Of a stretch of DNA of 64,000 nucleotides, positions 61,021 through 64,000 are shown one piece after another (the first letter of the stretch is position 1; each line of letters opens with the position of its first letter). The translations under genes and the position numbers were made by a program. The stretch is from Promethearchaeota archaeon (GTDB taxonomy: Archaea > Asgardarchaeota > Lokiarchaeia > Sigyniarchaeales > SOKP01), in assembly GCA_019058295.1 (NCBI GenBank), contig JAHPZI010000019.1:13005-77004 (forward strand). The letters are read 5' to 3'. Under the pieces are notes generated by a model that was not told the origin of the DNA, made no database searches, and saw nothing but the letters and a program-made list of their open reading frames with translations.

Positions 61021-61860
61021 TTAATTCATATTTTTAAGATATTTTATTGTTTCGAGAATTGAAGTCGGAATCTTATCATTATAGAGTTTTTCTTTTTTCA
61101 ATTGGTTGAATATTGAATATATCACAGGTTTATTTATAATTAGATTTTGAAAGGTATCTTTATTGATTATATTATCTTTAGTATCATGCTCAAGGATTTT
61201 GCCTTCCGAAATTAAGATAATTTCATCAGCTACAGGTAGAACTAAATCCATGCGATGTTCACTAATTATTATCGTAGTTCCTTTCTCAGTTTGAATTTTT
61301 TTTAATAAATTAATTATTTTTTTAGCCATCATAGGATCTAGCAATGAAGAGGGCTCATCCAATATAAGAACCTTGGGGGCTAATACTAAGATTGATGCAA
61401 TGGCCACTCGTTGTTGTTCTCCACCGCTTAATTCAAAAGGAGCTCTATCTAATAGATGTTCAATTTCAGTTAATTGGATAACTTCTTTAATTTTTTTATT
61501 CATTTCTTCACGAGGCATTCCTAGATTCTCCATGCCAAAGGCAATTTCGTGTTCTACATTCATTGAAATTAATTGGTTCTCAGGATTTTGAAACACAATC
61601 CCTATTTCCGTAGATAAATCAGGAATGGGTGTTTCAACTGTATCTTTTCCATTTACTTCTACACTTCCTTTATAAAATCCAGCATAAAATTGTGGAATTA
61701 ATCCATTCATACTCCTAATTAAAGTGGTTTTACCTGAACCAGTAGCTCCTGCTAGTAGAATGAACTTATTCTTTTCAATCTTTAAATTAAGATTATTTAA
61801 CTGGTAAGTCTCGTTTTTCTTGTACCGAAATGAAAAATTATTATATTTTATTAAACTCAT
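61021..61860 (-). CDS. ecfA1: ECF transporter ATPase A
   Basis: GATGSGKTT, FQNPENQ, LSGGEQQR and DEP motifs. Confidence 0.9.
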   Translation of the reverse strand: MSLIKYNNFSFRYKKNETYQLNNLNLKIEKNKFILLAGATGSGKTTLIRSMNGLIPQFYAGFYKGSVEVNGKDTVETPIPDLSTEIGIVFQNPENQLISMNVEHEIAFGMENLGMPREEMNKKIKEVIQLTEIEHLLDRAPFELSGGEQQRVAIASILVLAPKVLILDEPSSLLDPMMAKKIINLLKKIQTEKGTTIIISEHRMDLVLPVADEIILISEGKILEHDTKDNIINKDTFQNLIINKPVIYSIFNQLKKEKLYNDKIPTSILETIKYLKNMN

Positions 61861-61898
61861 AGAGAATTGACGTTTTCTTGATGTGAATATAAATTATA

Positions 61899-62897
61899 TT
61901 ACTTACTTAAAGATTGCTTTACTTTTTCAATTAGTATAGCTAATAATTCTTCTAATCCTTCATTACCTTGTATTGCGGCTGCGCCATCATGACCACCTCC
62001 AGATATTTCATCATCAGACAATTCCTCTAAAATTTTACCTAAATGTAAGCCAGTTTTCAAACAAACATATTTTTTTGCTCTCGTACTGATTCTATACCCC
62101 GATTTTTTCTCTGAATATGCAACACCTACATCAAAACCTATTTTAATTAATGAAGAAGCTACGCTTGCTTCAAAACTTCCAACATTAGTTATTCCAATTA
62201 GCCAATTCCCTTCCTGAATTAACTGAACTCTTTGTAATGCTTTTATTTTTGCTATTTTTTCAGGAATGGTTTTATCATTCTTTAATGTTGATTGTATTTC
62301 TTGATAATCTAGTTGATTACTTAATAATTTTGAAATTCGCAATATTGTATCATTATTTCCATGCTTAAAAAACCCAGAATCAGTTAAAATTGCGGCAATG
62401 AGAAGATATTTGTAGGGTAACGTTAATTCTACATTATAATATTCACACAATTCGTATATAATTTCCGCAGTTGAACTATATTTATCGTCTATAATGTTCA
62501 AAGATATATTCCTTTTATCATTCTTTTTCAATTTTAAGTGATGGTCAATAAAGATAATTGGAATTACCGAATTATTAATATCTGGAATTGCCACTTGATC
62601 TAAATTATTAGTATCTAAAATTAAAAATATGTCAATCTTTAAAGTCTTAAACTCAATTTCTAAGGGGATTGTAATATTAGGAAATTTTTCTGTAAATTTT
62701 TGAATAAACCCTTTTGTAGATTTTGAGATTTCTGGTAAAAATAAATGAACATCGGCGGAACTAATAAATCGATTGAGAAAAAATTTTAAAACCAAGCAGG
62801 ATGCTAATCCATCAATGTCTACTAGCTCGTGAGTTGTTAATAAAATTTTTTTACCTTTCAAAAAAAGTTTTAAATCTTCAAATTTGGAATTTAACAT
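61899..62897 (-). CDS. DHH/DHHA1 phosphoesterase
   Basis: TH..D.DG, LDT, IDHH, TDSG and GGGH..AA motifs. Confidence 0.9.
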   Translation of the reverse strand: MLNSKFEDLKLFLKGKKILLTTHELVDIDGLASCLVLKFFLNRFISSADVHLFLPEISKSTKGFIQKFTEKFPNITIPLEIEFKTLKIDIFLILDTNNLDQVAIPDINNSVIPIIFIDHHLKLKKNDKRNISLNIIDDKYSSTAEIIYELCEYYNVELTLPYKYLLIAAILTDSGFFKHGNNDTILRISKLLSNQLDYQEIQSTLKNDKTIPEKIAKIKALQRVQLIQEGNWLIGITNVGSFEASVASSLIKIGFDVGVAYSEKKSGYRISTRAKKYVCLKTGLHLGKILEELSDDEISGGGHDGAAAIQGNEGLEELLAILIEKVKQSLSK

Positions 62898-62901
62898 ATA
62901 C

Positions 62902-63264
62902 TTAAGCGGCCTTATTTTGCAAATCTGACTGAATAGATTTACGGAGCGATTCAATTTGCCCTTTAGTCCTCTGGACTTTAGACTCTATAGTTTTGAGCCT
63001 CATTTCCAGGGTTGTCTTTAGCGACTTTTTTTCTTCAAGAAGCCTATTTTTTTCACTTTTTACTAAAATCCCACCTATTGATTTGTAAACGACCTCGTCA
63101 GGATTGATCTTTTCGAGTTCTTCGATAGCTACTTCTGCCTCTCTAGTAGCACTCTCGAGCTGTATTTTTTGATTTGTTAGAAATTCCATTGTCGTCGATA
63201 GATTTTGTAAATTCATGACTTTTTTTTTTAATTCTTCATCAAGGTCATCAAGATTTATGCTCAT
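62902..63264 (-). CDS. pfdB: Prefoldin subunit beta
   Basis: Coiled coils around VYKSIGGILV. Confidence 0.93.
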   Translation of the reverse strand: MSINLDDLDEELKKKVMNLQNLSTTMEFLTNQKIQLESATREAEVAIEELEKINPDEVVYKSIGGILVKSEKNRLLEEKKSLKTTLEMRLKTIESKVQRTKGQIESLRKSIQSDLQNKAA

Positions 63265-63321
63265 AATTTTTCAATATTTATATTTTTTATAATAAATTTA
63301 ACACGATAAGTTATATATTCT

Positions 63322-63585
63322 TTACTCGCAAAGCCCCAAAGAATTTTCTACGATCCTAGAAAAACCTATAATATCGCTTATTGAGGCTCGAAATGCAGTG
63401 ATATCACTGCTTTCTATATGAAATATTAATAGATTCTCTTCTTTTTCCATCTTTATTTTAGATCGTTTAGTGTTTAATTTATCTAATTCGGGCAAAAATG
63501 AGTTATAAGAAATGTCTCGAGTTTTAGAATCTATAAATTTTAGTTCAACAGTTGCTTTTATGGTAAATGGGTTGTTTTGATTCAT
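63322..63585 (-). CDS. pcc1: KEOPS subunit Pcc1
   Basis: PE...RS, I.S.D..A.RAS motifs; canonical position between eL43 and pfdB. Confidence 0.85.
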   Translation of the reverse strand: MNQNNPFTIKATVELKFIDSKTRDISYNSFLPELDKLNTKRSKIKMEKEENLLIFHIESSDITAFRASISDIIGFSRIVENSLGLCE

Positions 63586-63872
63586 TATTCTTCAATAACT
63601 TCTAATTCTCTTTGCTTTCTCTTTGCAATCCTGAATGACTCTACTCCTCGAGGAGTTTCTATGTAATATGCACCTCCGGTAAATTTGGCGTCGCATTTCT
63701 TACAATGCCAGATACCCGTAGAAATTCTATGGACAGAACCTTTTGTTTGACATCGAGGGCATTTAATTTTTTGTTTCATTTTTTCCATGATTTGGCGATA
63801 TCTCTTCCTGACCACCGAACCATAACGGGCTTGAAATTTTCCACTAATCCCGACTTTTTTAGTTTTCCCCAT
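63585..63872 (-). CDS. rpl37ae: 50S ribosomal protein L37Ae (eL43)
   Basis: KKVG..G.F.ARYG, CPRC, GIWHCKKC and GGAY motifs. Confidence 0.97.
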   Translation of the reverse strand: MGKTKKVGISGKFQARYGSVVRKRYRQIMEKMKQKIKCPRCQTKGSVHRISTGIWHCKKCDAKFTGGAYYIETPRGVESFRIAKRKQRELEVIEE

Positions 63873-64000
63873 TTATGCATCAAGTTTAAATTAAGACTGT
63901 TAATAATCTATTAAAAACACAATAAAATAAAAATTTTAAGGAAAATATTAGAAATATTAAAATCTAAATAAAAATAAAAAAAAATTATTCATTATTAGCT

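Noticed and set aside
1010-63914. Numerous 60-144 aa ORFs overlapping or antisense to well-supported genes (e.g. 6983..7417, 47715..48068, 60311..60724)
   Set aside because: Shadow ORFs with no recognisable motifs
1-64000. CRISPR arrays, tRNA or rRNA genes, IS elements
   Set aside because: None recognised by eye; intergenic gaps are short and AT-rich. tRNAscan-SE and Infernal were not run.

Overview
AT-rich archaeal chromosomal segment, most consistent with an Asgard (Lokiarchaeia-like) archaeon. This is inferred from the archaeal information-processing genes (SRP54, aIF5A, Nob1, FEN1, CDC48, ZPR1, Cgi121, Pcc1, prefoldin beta, eL43), a Roadblock/LC7 protein and many bacterial-type catabolic genes. 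About 60 CDS are present. I saw no rRNA, tRNA, CRISPR array or transposase. The standout observation is a PPi-type phosphofructokinase gene (52575..51399, minus strand) broken at its GGGD/CPG motif by a 31-nt frameshifting insert. The insert folds into a near-canonical bulge-helix-bulge (BHB), making it a candidate tRNA-type intron in a central-metabolism mRNA. Other signals: two inverted single genes, each flanked by a direct duplication of neighbouring gene ends (46 bp and about 195 bp); several genes that appear to start at ATT/ATC; a catalytically degenerate DHDPS domain fused to an APH-like kinase; a pyrrolysine-free MttB-corrinoid-MttB operon; and a hairpin-embedded 32-aa membrane ORF upstream of the por operon. 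All family calls come from motif recognition by eye, not database searches.
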